From an uncultured beta proteobacterium (GTDB taxonomy: Bacteria > Pseudomonadota > Gammaproteobacteria > Burkholderiales > Burkholderiaceae_D), in the NCBI GenBank assembly GCA_963706525.1, contig CAVPMM010000008.1, positions 202,752 through 266,751 of the forward strand: a stretch of 64,000 nucleotides of DNA, given 5' to 3'. Below the pieces are notes generated by a model. The model ran no database searches and was not told the origin of the DNA. It worked only from the letters and a program-made list of their open reading frames with translations. Below are positions 1 through 11,404 of the stretch, one piece after another. Every line of letters starts with the position of its first letter. The first letter of the stretch is position 1. The position numbers and the translations under genes were made by a program.

Positions 1-304
1 TGATCGAATACAGCATCGTCATCAGCAGGATGCCGGCCAGCAGATCCATGATCTTCAGCCGCACATTCAGCCAGCCGGTAATGAAACCGGCCAGCGCGCC
101 GGCAGCGATGGCGATGGCGGTGGCCAGGAACGGATTCCAGCCGAGCACGATCAGGGTGGCGGCGACGGCGCCGCCGAGCGGGAAGCTGCCGTCCACCGTC
201 AGGTCGGGGAAATTCAGGATGCGGAACGAAATCAGCACGCCGAGCGCGACCAGGCTGTAGATCAGCCCCAGTTCGAGCGCGCCGAGTAAAGCGAATAACG
301 ACAT
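1..304 (-). CDS. ABC transporter permease, 5' part only (gene runs off the window start)
   Basis: Minus-strand ATG at 302-304. My translation is MSLFALLGALELGLIYSLVALGVLISFRILNFPDL..., a hydrophobic permease N-terminus of the type partnered with the COG2984-like binding protein next door. It is absent from the ORF track because no stop falls inside the window. Confidence 0.6.
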   Translation of the reverse strand, partial: MSLFALLGALELGLIYSLVALGVLISFRILNFPDLTVDGSFPLGGAVAATLIVLGWNPFLATAIAIAAGALAGFITGWLNVRLKIMDLLAGILLMTMLYSI

Positions 305-416
305 AAAAGGCCTTGTATGTCAGCAGGATGCAATTCGCGTAAGCGGCAACGATGCCATGCCGGCCATCGCCGCGCTTGCGCCTGCCCCGGGCGGTGCCGG
401 GCCGACAGGATGAAGC

Positions 417-1400
417 TTACTTGATTACGCTCTTGGCCGATTTGATCAAATCGGCTGACAGCGTCACGCCCTGCTTTTCGGCCATGCCGGGATTGACGAA
501 CAGTTCCAGCTTGTTGCTGGTTTCTGACGCGATCGCGCCCGGCTTTTCGCCCTTCAGGATGCGCACCACCTGCTTGCCGGTTTGGCGGCCCAGATCGTAG
601 TAGTTGACGCCGAGCGCGGCGATAGCGCCGCGCTTGACGGTGTCGGTGTCGGAGGCCACCATCGGCAGCTTCGATTCGGTCGCCACCTTCACCATCGATT
701 CATAGGCCGACACCACGTTGTTGTCGGTCGAGGCATAGACGACGTCGACCTTGCCGACCAGGCTCTTGGCGGCGGCGCCAACGTCCACGGTGCGCGGCGC
801 CGGCGCTTCGACCAGGGTCAGGCCCGATTCCGGCAATAGTTTTTTCAGCTGGTTGACCACCACCACCGAATTGGCCTCGCCCGGGTTGTACACCATGCCG
901 ACGCGCTTGGCGTTCGGCACCACCTGCTTGATCAGCGCGATCTGCTTGTCCAGCGGCAGCAGATCGGAAACGCCGGTGACGTTGCCGCCGGACGGGCCCC
1001 AGCCGCTGACCAGCTTGGCCGCGACCGGATCGGTGACCGCCGAATACACGACCGGGATCGACTTGGTGGCCGACACCACGGCCTGCGCCACCGGCGTCGC
1101 GATGGCGACGATCACGTCCGGCTTGTCGCCGATGAATTTGCGGGCGATCTGGGCGGCGGTGCCGACGTTGCCCTGGGCGCTCTGGAATTCCCATTTCAGG
1201 TTCTTGCCAACTTCATATCCTTCGGCCTTCAGCTCGTCGCGCACGCCGTCGCGCACCGAATCGAGCGCCGGATGTTCCACGATCGACAACACCGAGACCG
1301 CCACCGGCTTGTCGGCCGCCAGCGCGGGAGCGGTACCAAGCGCCGACAGCAGCATGGCGCCGAACAAGACGCGCAACGGCGCTTTTCCTGAACTAAACAT
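417..1400 (-). CDS. ABC transporter substrate-binding protein (BMP/COG2984-like periplasmic component)
   Basis: ORF 417..1577. Start moved to MFSSGKAPLRVLFGAMLLSALGTAPALA, a Sec signal peptide. The alternative ATG at 1415 is in frame. Type-I periplasmic binding fold motifs run through the protein. Confidence 0.75.
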   Translation of the reverse strand: MFSSGKAPLRVLFGAMLLSALGTAPALAADKPVAVSVLSIVEHPALDSVRDGVRDELKAEGYEVGKNLKWEFQSAQGNVGTAAQIARKFIGDKPDVIVAIATPVAQAVVSATKSIPVVYSAVTDPVAAKLVSGWGPSGGNVTGVSDLLPLDKQIALIKQVVPNAKRVGMVYNPGEANSVVVVNQLKKLLPESGLTLVEAPAPRTVDVGAAAKSLVGKVDVVYASTDNNVVSAYESMVKVATESKLPMVASDTDTVKRGAIAALGVNYYDLGRQTGKQVVRILKGEKPGAIASETSNKLELFVNPGMAEKQGVTLSADLIKSAKSVIK

Positions 1401-1596
1401 CAATTGCTTCTCCATAAAGTCGAACAAATCATCAAAAAAACGCCGGACGCGATGATACCGCGACGCGGCAAGCTGCGCCGCCAGTGTAGCGCCGAACCCG
1501 CGCCGCGGCTGCCGCCGGTGCGACCCGGGCGGCAGCCGCGTTGCCGGGCGCAGTGTATGATTTGCCCTTGATCCCACGATTCATCCCGAGCATTCC

Positions 1597-1914
1597 ATGA
1601 GCGAGCAAGCCTACTACCGGCACCACGTTTTTTTCTGCCTCAACCAGCGCGAAGGCGGCCGTCCGTGCTGCGCCGACCAGGGCGCGCAGGCGGCGCAGGA
1701 ACACGCCAAGCAGCGCATCAAGCAGTTGGACCTGAGCGGCCCGGGCAAGGTCCGCATCAACAAGGCCGGCTGCCTCGACCGCTGCGAAGAAGGCCCGGTG
1801 CTGGTGGTGTACCCGCAAGGCACCTGGTACACCTACGTCGACCAGCACGACATCGACGAAATCATCGACAGCCATCTGGTTGGCGGCAAAGTGGTCGAAC
1901 GCCTGAAGATCTGA
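1597..1914 (+). CDS. thioredoxin-like (2Fe-2S) ferredoxin family protein
   Basis: 105 aa with Cys spacing C..CC....C..C (FFCLNQREGGRPCC ... AGCLDRCEEGP) typical of the 2Fe-2S thioredoxin-like ferredoxins. Confidence 0.7.
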   Translation: MSEQAYYRHHVFFCLNQREGGRPCCADQGAQAAQEHAKQRIKQLDLSGPGKVRINKAGCLDRCEEGPVLVVYPQGTWYTYVDQHDIDEIIDSHLVGGKVVERLKI

Positions 1915-1954
1915 GGCGGCCGCGCGCGGCCCGCCGTTTGCACCGATAAAAAAT

Positions 1955-2596
1955 ATGAACCCCCACACGCAAGCTTTTTCGATCGAGGGCGCCGCCGGCG
2001 CGCTCGAATGCGCGCTCGACCTGCCCCAGGAGGCGCCGCGCGGCATCGCGCTGGTCGCGCACCCGCATCCGCTGTATGGCGGCACCATGGACAACAAGGT
2101 GACGCAAACCCTGGCGCGCGCCTTCGTGGCGCTCGGCTACGCGGCGGCGCGCATGAATTTCCGCGGCGTCGGCAGCTCGGCCGGCGTGCACGACCACGGC
2201 CACGGCGAAACCGACGACATGGCGCTGCTGGCGGCGCACATGCGGCGCCAATATCCGGGCCTGCCGCTGGCGCTCGCCGGCTTTTCCTTCGGCACCTTCG
2301 TGCAGGCGCAGCTGCAGCAGCGCCTGAGCGCCGAGGGCGCGCCGGCGGAGCGGCTGGTGCTGGTCGGCAGCGCCGCCGGCAAATGGGCGATGCCGCCGGT
2401 ACCGCCAAACACGATCCTGATCCACGGCGAGCACGACGACACCATCCCGCTGACGGCGGTATTCGACTGGGCGCGGCCGCTGGACCTGCCGGTGATCGTG
2501 ATTCCCGGCGCCGATCACTTTTTTCACCGCAAGCTGCAACATATCAAGAAGCTGGTGGTCGAAGCGTGGCCTCATCCAGGTTCCGCGGCGCTATAA
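1955..2596 (+). CDS. alpha/beta hydrolase family protein
   Basis: 213 aa with the nucleophile elbow GFSFG and a C-terminal HGEHDD..PGADHFF acid/His region. Confidence 0.7.
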   Translation: MNPHTQAFSIEGAAGALECALDLPQEAPRGIALVAHPHPLYGGTMDNKVTQTLARAFVALGYAAARMNFRGVGSSAGVHDHGHGETDDMALLAAHMRRQYPGLPLALAGFSFGTFVQAQLQQRLSAEGAPAERLVLVGSAAGKWAMPPVPPNTILIHGEHDDTIPLTAVFDWARPLDLPVIVIPGADHFFHRKLQHIKKLVVEAWPHPGSAAL

Positions 2597-2681
2597 TCGG
2601 CCATCCGTTGTACTCCTTGCGCCTGTTTTCAACCGACTGCCTCGCCGGCCTGGCCGCGGGGCGCAGCCCCTGATACCTTCC

Positions 2682-3849
2682 ATGAAAAAGCTTTCTGCGG
2701 CACTGGCCGCCGCCGCCCTATCCTTATCGCTGTCGTTCTCCGCCGCGCAGGCGCAAAGCCTGCCGCCGCCCACCCTGGCGGCCAAATCGTGGCTGCTGCT
2801 GGATGCCACCAGCGGCCAGATCATCGCCGCCGACAGGATGCCGACCTGCGCATCGAGCCGGCCTCGCTGGTCAAGCTGATGACCATCTACGTGGCGTTTG
2901 AAGCGATCAGTGACAAGAAGCTGAGCCTGGACCAGATGATCAACGGTGTCCGAGCGCGCCTGGAAGGTCGATCCGAGCAGTTCGAAAATGTTCATCGAAC
3001 CGCGCGCGCCGGTGAAGCTCAACGACCTGCTGTACGGCCTGATCGTCCAGTCCGGCAACGACGCCTCGGTGGCGCTGGCCGAAGCGGTGGCCGGCGACCG
3101 AAGACGCGTTCGTGGCGCTGATGAACCGCGAGGCCGAGCGCATGGGCCTGAAGATCGACCCATTTCGCCAACGCCCACGGCCTGCCCAGCCCGGACAACT
3201 ACTCGACCGCGCAGCGATCTGGCGGTGCTGGCCACGCGCCTGGTCGCCGATCATCCCGGACGTCCTACAAGATCTATTCGACCAAGAGCTTCACCTACAA
3301 CAAGATCACGCAGCCGAACCGCAACCGCCTGCTGTGGCTGGACCCGACCGTGGACGGCATGAAGACCGGCCACACCCAGGCCTCCGGCTATAGCCTGGTC
3401 GCGTCCGCCAAGCGGCCCAACGGCAGCGGCGAGCGGCGCCTGATTTCGGTGGTGCTCGGCACCACCTCCGACCATGCGCGGGCGCAGGAAAGCCAGAAGC
3501 TGCTGAACTGGGGCTTCCAGAACTTCGACACCGTCAAGCTGTACGCCAAGGGCGCGCCGGTGGCGACGCCGGAAATCTGGAAAGGCACGCAGAACCAGAT
3601 CAAGATCGGCTTCAACCACGACGTCTACGTCACCGTGCCGCGCGGCATGGCCGACAAGATGAAGCCGGTGCTGGAGCGGCAGCGATCCGCTGGTGGCGCC
3701 GGTCGCCGAAAACAGCAAGGTCGGCATGCTGAAGATGGTCGTCGACGGCAAGACGCTGGCCGAGTTTCCGCTGCTGGCGCTGGAGCAGGTGAACCAGGCC
3801 AGCATTTTCGGCCGCGCCTGGGACTCGATCCGGTTGTGGATGAAATAAG
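2682..3849 (+). CDS. dacC: D-alanyl-D-alanine carboxypeptidase (PBP5/6 family), reading frame broken by at least 5 frameshifts
   Basis: Signal peptide MKKLSAALAAAALSLSLSFSAAQA. Homologous segments continue in three frames: PASLVKLMTIYVAFEA, LLYGLIVQSGNDASVALAEAVAG, MNREAERMGL, MKTGHTQASGYSLVASAKR. The true C-terminus is ...AWDSIRLWMK with stop at 3847-3849. Confidence 0.7.
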
Positions 3850-3972
3850 CCCGACCCGCTCGACCTCCTCCGCAGAAACGGCGCCGATGGCGCCGTTTTC
3901 CATTCCGTATTTGCATCACCGCCGGCCGGCGCCTGTGCAAAAATGGCTGGTCTTCATCTCACAGGAATCATC

Positions 3973-4821
3973 ATGCACGACCCGCTGGTCTATCTGAACG
4001 GCGCCCTGACGCCGCTGTCCGAAGCCAAGATCCCGGTACTCGACCGCGGCTTCATTTTCGGCGACGGCATCTACGAAGTGATCCCGATCTACGGCGGCAA
4101 GATGTTCCGTTCGGAACAACATCTGGCGCGCCTGTTCCGCAGCCTGCGCGCAATCGATATACCGAATCCGCATAAGCGCGAAGAGTGGCTGCAATTGATC
4201 GCGCGCGTGATCGCCGCCGATCCGGCGCCCGACCAGATGGTGTACATCCAGGTCACGCGCGGCGTGGCGCCGCGCAAGCATGCGTTTCCGCAGGATGCGC
4301 AGCCGACCGTGTTCATCATGACCAACCCGCTGGTGCTGCCGTCGCCGGCGGCGCGCGAACGCGGCGTCGCCTGCGTCTCGATGGAAGATTTGCGCTGGCT
4401 GCGCTGCGAGATCAAGTCGACTTCGCTGCTCGGCAATGTGCTGGCGGCGCAAAACGCGGCGCAGCACGACGCCGTCGAAACCATCCAGTTCCGCGACGGC
4501 TTCCTGACCGAAGCCTCGTCTTCCAACGTCTGGGTGGTCAAGGACGGCAAGCTGATGGCGCCGCCCAAGGACAACCTGATCCTGGAAGGCATCCGCTACG
4601 GCCTGATCGAGGAAATGTGCGCGGCGCACGGCATTCCGCTCACCGCGCGCCGCATCGCGCGCGACGAGGTGTTCGGCGCCGACGAAGTGCTGCTGTCCTC
4701 GGCCACCAAGGAAGTGCTGCCGGTGGTTTCGATCGACGGCAAGCCGATCGGCGACGGCCGCCCCGGCCCGGTCTACCGGCAGTTGTACGCGGCGTATCAA
4801 GCGGCCAAAGCGGCCTTGTAA
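3973..4821 (+). CDS. dat: D-amino acid aminotransferase (fold-type IV PLP enzyme)
   Basis: ORF 3943..4821. Start placed at MHDPLVYLNG after an AGGAAT Shine-Dalgarno. The protein has GDGIYEVIP, EIKSTSLLGNVLA and SSNVWVV motifs of D-Ala/branched-chain aminotransferases. Confidence 0.75.
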   Translation: MHDPLVYLNGALTPLSEAKIPVLDRGFIFGDGIYEVIPIYGGKMFRSEQHLARLFRSLRAIDIPNPHKREEWLQLIARVIAADPAPDQMVYIQVTRGVAPRKHAFPQDAQPTVFIMTNPLVLPSPAARERGVACVSMEDLRWLRCEIKSTSLLGNVLAAQNAAQHDAVETIQFRDGFLTEASSSNVWVVKDGKLMAPPKDNLILEGIRYGLIEEMCAAHGIPLTARRIARDEVFGADEVLLSSATKEVLPVVSIDGKPIGDGRPGPVYRQLYAAYQAAKAAL

Positions 4822-4926
4822 AGCGCGGGCGGCGCCTCAACATGCTTGTTTTACCCGGGCGCTCGGGCTGGATCTTTCCGCCCGGGCGCTGTTGACCGCC
4901 ACCGCTGCCCAGACTCCCGAAACGCC

Positions 4927-5205
4927 ATGTCCGAAAACCAAACCCGCACCGAAAGCCTGATTGACTACCCGAGCGACTTCCCGATCAAGATCATGGGCGA
5001 GATGCAGGATGCCTTCGCGCAAACCATCGTCGACGTCGTGATCCGCTTCGACCCGTCTTTCCATGCCGGCAAGATGGAAATGCGCACCTCGTCCAAGGGC
5101 AATTATCTGTCGCTGACCGCCACCGTGCGCGCCACCAGCCGCGAGCAGCTCGACAACCTGTACCGCGCGCTGTCCTCGCATCCGATGGTCAAGGTGGTGC
5201 TGTAA
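4927..5205 (+). CDS. ybeD: YbeD family protein (DUF493/UPF0250)
   Basis: 93 aa beginning MSENQTRTESLIDYPSDFPIKIMGE. It sits at the conserved position upstream of lipB. Confidence 0.8.
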   Translation: MSENQTRTESLIDYPSDFPIKIMGEMQDAFAQTIVDVVIRFDPSFHAGKMEMRTSSKGNYLSLTATVRATSREQLDNLYRALSSHPMVKVVL

Positions 5206-5224
5206 GCCGGCACGTCGCCGGACC

Positions 5225-5300
5225 CTTCATATACTCCCATGAGCGAGGCCCTATCTCGCTCTTGGAACGGTAATTTTTTCCACATACTCCTTTCTGGCAT
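5225..5300 (-). repeat. GGAGTAT-type intergenic repeat element, copy R1 (minus orientation)
   Basis: ATACTCC at 5231-5237 and 5284-5290, exactly 53 bp apart. The reverse complement matches the family consensus GGAGTATGTGGAAAAAAT...GAGCGAGATAG...GGGAGTATAT. Confidence 0.8.
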
Positions 5301-5639
5301 AACTTTGCGGCGGGGCACGGCATGGATTTGGCCGGCCTTGCCGGCACGCCGGCGGTAAGCCGCTGGCCACGGGGGCTCGGCGTCCCTTGATCGCCCTGCC
5401 CTGCGCTCAGCGGCCGGAAAGTCCCTGAATCTTCCTCTGCACCACGGGAACGGCGGCACACAAAGAGATGCCGCGGACAGTGCATAGCCCCGCACTTCGC
5501 GCTTGGCCGCAGCCCCAACTACGTCGCCCTAGCTTCGGCTTAAAAAAAGATGCCGGGCATCAAAAAAAGTAAATGAGAACGATTAGCATTTGTGTTAGAG
5601 TGCAGGAAATCTTTTCATTCCACTTTGCGGGAGCCCGAA

Positions 5640-6651
5640 TTGAAGCGTGCACTACCCATACTCTTTTCATCCATTGCCCTGGTCGGCCTGGCGGCGAGCG
5701 CCTCGCTGGCGGCGGCGGAAGAAGTCGTCGTCTATTCCGCGCGCAACGAACAGCTGATCAAGCCGCTGTTCGATGCCTATACCAAGCAAACCGGCGTCCA
5801 GGTCAAGTTCGTGACCGACAAGGAAGGACCGCTGATGGAGCGCCTGAAGGCGGAAGGCGCCAACACCCCGGCCGACGTGCTGCTCACGGTCGATGCCGGC
5901 AACCTGTGGTACGCCGCCAACCAGAACCTGCTGCGGCCGATCGAGTCGGCGCCGCTGAAGGCGAATATCCCGGCCCACCTGCGCGATCCGGACAACCGCT
6001 GGTTCGGCCTGTCGGTGCGGGCGCGCACGATGTTCTACAACACGCAAAAGCTCAAGCCGGAAATGCTGTCCACCTATGAAGATCTGGCCGACCCGAAATG
6101 GAAGGGCCGGCTGTGCCTGCGCACCTCGAAAAAGGTCTATAACCAGTCGCTGACGGCGATGATGATCGAGGAACACGGCGCCGCCAAGACCGAGCAGATC
6201 ATCAAGGGCTGGGTAGCGAACCTGGCGACCGACGTGTTCGCCGACGACACCAAGATGCTGGAGGCGATCGCCGCCGGCCAGTGCGACGTCGGCATCGCCA
6301 ACACCTATTATTTCGGTCGCCTGCAGCAGAAGAAGCCGGACCTGCCGGTGGCCGTGTTCTGGGCCAACCAGAAGGCCAAGGGCGTGCACGTCAACGTTTC
6401 CGGCGCCGGCGTCACGCGCCACGCCAAGAATCCGCAAGGCGCGCAAAAGCTGATCGAATGGCTGTCCTCGGCGCAGGCGCAAAACCTGTTTACCGACGTC
6501 GACCTCGAATATCCGGCCAATCCGGCGATCAAGCCCGATGCCCAGTTGGCGGCCTGGGGCAGCTTCAAGCCAGAATCTGATCAATGTCGCCAAGGCCGGC
6601 GAATTGCAGACCGACGCCGTGAAGCTGATGGACCGCGCCGGCTACAAGTAA
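5640..6651 (+). CDS. fbpA: Fe(3+) ABC transporter substrate-binding protein (FbpA/AfuA family), with a C-terminal frameshift near 6570
   Basis: TTG start at 5640 after a GGGAG SD gives (M)[25 protein letters not shown], a signal peptide. The frame slips by 1 nt near 6570 and the native C-terminus ...[25 protein letters not shown] is readable in the next frame. Confidence 0.75.
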
Positions 6652-6823
6652 GCGCGTAAATATCGGTCGGTTGTTACCGGGCGGCTGCCGCGATCGCGTC
6701 AGCCGCCCGCATGCCATTCGGCCAAAACGATTCCAAAACTGCTTTCCCGCCTGCGCGAATGACCAACCGCAAAACCGCTCGAACCGACCGGCATTACGAT
6801 ACTCGCCACTTCTTTCGCACAAC

Positions 6824-8497
6824 ATGACACGCATGCAAGCCGCCGCTGCCGACTACCAAGCACCTTCGCCTTCGCACGCCGCCGCCCTGCTCGGCCGCTG
6901 GTTTGGCGGCTGGCGCATCGCCGCCTTCCTGGTCTCGCTGATCACGCTGGTGCCCCTGGTGGTGGTGCTGTCGTCGTTCCTGTCGCCCGAGCCGGAAATC
7001 TGGCAGCACCTGTCGCACAACGTGTTGCCCGAGCTGCTCTCGAATACCTTCTGGCTGGTGCTGGGCGTCGCGCTCGGCACCGGCGTGCTCGGCACCTCGC
7101 TGGCCTGGCTCACCGCGGTTTGCGAATTTCCCGGGCGCCGCTTCTTTTCCTGGGCGCTGATGCTGCCGCTGGCGATGCCGGCCTACGTCACCGCCTTCGC
7201 CAGCATCGGCCTGCTCGACTACACCGGCCCGCTGCAAAGCGCGCTGCGCGAACTGTTCGGCAGCAGCGCCTGGTTTCCGCCGATCCGCTCGCGCGGCGGC
7301 GTGATCCTGGTGATGACGATGGCGCTCTATCCGTATGTCTACCTGCTGGCGCGCAACGCCTTCCTGACGCAGGGCAAACGCTCGCTGGAAGTTGGACAGT
7401 CGCTCGGCCTGTCGCGGCGCCAGGGCTTCTTCAAGGTGGCGCTGCCGATGGCGCGGCCGTGGCTGGCGGCCGGCGTCATGCTGGCGGTGATGGAAACCCT
7501 GGCCGATTTCGGCACCGTCGCCGTCTTCAACTATGACACCTTCACGACTGCGATCTACAAGGCCTGGTTCGGCCTGTTTTCGCTGTCGGCGGCGGCGCAG
7601 CTGGCCTCGATCCTGGTGCTGCTGGTGTTGCTGCTGGTGCTGGCCGAACAGGCCTGGCGCCGCGGCAAGCGCTACCACGCGGTCGGCCGTTCGCAGGCAT
7701 CCGCGCGCCTGCAGCTGAGCCGGCGCGCGCGCCTCGCCGCCTGCGTCTACGCCGGTGCGGTACTGGCCGCGGCCTTCGTAATTCCCGTATTGCAACTGCT
7801 GATCTGGAGCGTGCAGGTGTTCGCCGAGGATTTCGATTCCCGTTATCCCTCCTTCGTCTGGCATTCGATCGCGCTGTCGGCGATGGCGGCCGTGCTGGTC
7901 GCCGCCGCCGCGCTGGTGCTGGTGTACACGCAGCGCCTGCACCGCGACTGGCCGACGCTGTTCTTCACGCGGCTGTCGACGCTCGGCTACGCGATCCCCG
8001 GCACCGTGCTGGCGGTCGGCATCTTCATCCCCATCGCCTGGCTCGACAACCAGCTGATCGCGCTGCTGAAAAGCTGGTTCGACATCGAGACCGGCGCCGT
8101 GCTGCGCGGCACGCTGGCGGTGATGCTGCTGGCGTATGTCGCGCGCTTCCTCGCCGCCGGCTTCAACCCGGTCGACAGCGCCATGCAGCGCATCACCAAG
8201 AGCCAGGAAGAAGCCGCGCGCGGCATGGGCGTCACCGGCTGGCGCCTGTTTGCGCGCGTGCATTTTCCCTTGCTGCGCGGCGGCCTGCTGTCCGGCGCGA
8301 TCCTGGTGTTTGTCGATGTCATGAAGGAAATGCCGATCACGCTGATGACGCGCCCATTCGGCTGGGACACATTGGCGGTGCGGATTTTCGAAATGACTTC
8401 GGAAGGCCAGTGGGAGCGCGCCGCGCTGCCCGCCGTCGCCCTGGTGCTGGCGGGGCTGCTTCCGGTCATCCTGCTGACGCGGCAGTCGGAGGCCTGA
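6824..8497 (+). CDS. fbpB: iron ABC transporter permease, duplicated MetI-like domains (FbpB family)
   Basis: ORF 6671..8497. Start moved to MTRMQAAAADYQ. The protein has two permease halves, each with an EAA-like loop. Confidence 0.75.
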   Translation: MTRMQAAAADYQAPSPSHAAALLGRWFGGWRIAAFLVSLITLVPLVVVLSSFLSPEPEIWQHLSHNVLPELLSNTFWLVLGVALGTGVLGTSLAWLTAVCEFPGRRFFSWALMLPLAMPAYVTAFASIGLLDYTGPLQSALRELFGSSAWFPPIRSRGGVILVMTMALYPYVYLLARNAFLTQGKRSLEVGQSLGLSRRQGFFKVALPMARPWLAAGVMLAVMETLADFGTVAVFNYDTFTTAIYKAWFGLFSLSAAAQLASILVLLVLLLVLAEQAWRRGKRYHAVGRSQASARLQLSRRARLAACVYAGAVLAAAFVIPVLQLLIWSVQVFAEDFDSRYPSFVWHSIALSAMAAVLVAAAALVLVYTQRLHRDWPTLFFTRLSTLGYAIPGTVLAVGIFIPIAWLDNQLIALLKSWFDIETGAVLRGTLAVMLLAYVARFLAAGFNPVDSAMQRITKSQEEAARGMGVTGWRLFARVHFPLLRGGLLSGAILVFVDVMKEMPITLMTRPFGWDTLAVRIFEMTSEGQWERAALPAVALVLAGLLPVILLTRQSEA

Positions 8498-8498
8498 G

Positions 8499-9698
<1,200 letters not shown>

Positions 9699-9738
9699 CG
9701 CCACGCAGGCTGGCGGCCGATTCGGTAAACTGACGGTC

Positions 9739-10395
9739 ATGCCAGCCCCCCTCATCGTCCAGCGCGGACAGGAAGCCTACGAAAGCAGTTACCGGGCAAT
9801 GCGCGCCTTCACCGACGCCCGCGCCGCCGACACCCCGGACCAGTTGTGGATCGTCGAACATCCGCCGGTCTTCACGCTCGGGCTGGGCGCCGACCGCACG
9901 CACGTACTGGACGCCGCACGACATCCCGCGTGGTGCAGACCGACCGCGGCGGCGAAGTCACCTATCACGGCCCGGGCCAGGTGGTGATCTACCTGCTGAT
10001 GGACCTGCGCCGCAAGCGCGCCGACGGCACGCCTGTACGCGCGCGAATTCGTCGACCGCATCGAGCAGGCGGTGATCGATATCCTGGCCGCGTATAATCT
10101 GGCGGGTGAGCGCAAGCCCGGCGCGCCCGGCATCTATATCGCCGACGGCCCCTGGCAAGGCGCAAAAATCGCCGCGCTCGGCCTGAAAGTACGCGGCAAC
10201 GGCTGCACCTACCACGGCGTGTCGCTGAATGTGGCGATGGACCTGACGCCGTTCTCCTGGATCAATCCGTGCGGCTACCAGGGCCTGGCCACGGTCGACA
10301 TGCACAGCCTGGGCGTGGAAGGCCGCTGGCCGACGTGCAGCTGGCCCTGGCCCACGCACTTGATTGAACGACTGACAGCGATAACGCGCCCCTGA
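9739..10395 (+). CDS. lipB: lipoyl(octanoyl) transferase, frame broken by at least 3 frameshifts
   Basis: [26 protein letters not shown]...[12 protein letters not shown], then [29 protein letters not shown], then [46 protein letters not shown] appear in different frames. Confidence 0.75.
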
Positions 10396-10410
10396 ACACA
10401 CTCGACAACC

Positions 10411-11404
10411 ATGACTACCAACTCCGACCGATACCGCACTCGCTGCCGCCTACAACCCCAGCGAAAAGCAAAAGGGCGCCAGCAAGACCGCGCGCATCCC
10501 GATCAAGATCGTGCCGGCCGAGCGCCTGCCGAAGCCGGACTGGATCCGCGTCAAGGCCGCCTCGCCCTCGACGCCGCTTCTACGAGATCAAGGACATCCT
10601 GCGCGCCAACAATCTGGTGACGGTGTGCGAAGAAGCGAGCTGCCCGAACATCGGCGAATGCTTCGGCAAGGGCACCGCCACCTTCATGATCATGGGCGAC
10701 AAGTGCACGCGCCGCTGCCCGTTCTGCGACGTCGGCCACGGCCGTCCCGACCCGCTCGACGCCAACGAGCCGGAAAACCTGGCCAAGACCATCGCCGCCC
10801 TGAAGCTGAACTACGTGGTGATCACCTCGGTCGACCGCGACGACCTGCGCGACGGCGGCGCCGGCCACTTCGCCGCCTGCATCCGCCGCGTGCGCGAACT
10901 GTCGCCGACCACCCGCATCGAAATCCTGATGCCGGACTTCCGCGGCCGCATGGACAGCGCGCTGGAAATCCTCAACGCCGACGCCGCCGGACGTGATGAA
11001 CCACAACCTGGAAACCGTGCCGCGCCTGTACAAGGAAGCGCGCCCCGGCTCGGACTACGAGTACTCGCTGAATCTGCTGAAGCGACTTCAAGGCGCTGTA
11101 CCCGGACACGCCGACCAAGTCCGGCATCATGGTCGGCCTGGGCGAGACCGACGAGGAAATCCTGCAAGTGATGCGCGACCTGCGCGCGCACGACGTCGAC
11201 ATGCTGACCATCGGCCAGTACCTGATGCCGTCCGGCGACCACCTGCCGGTGCGCCGCTACGTGCATCCGGACACCTTCAAGATGTTCGAGGAAGAAGCGT
11301 ACAAGATGGGCTTCGTGCATGCGGCGGTGGGCGCGATGGTGCGCAGTTCGTATCATGCGGATCAGCAGGCGCATGACGCCGGGGTGAATGTCACTGCGCC
11401 TTGA
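10411..11404 (+). CDS. lipA: lipoyl synthase, frame broken by several frameshifts
   Basis: MTTNS... then [39 protein letters not shown] (radical-SAM and auxiliary cluster Cys motifs), then [29 protein letters not shown], then [30 protein letters not shown], in three frames. Confidence 0.8.
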
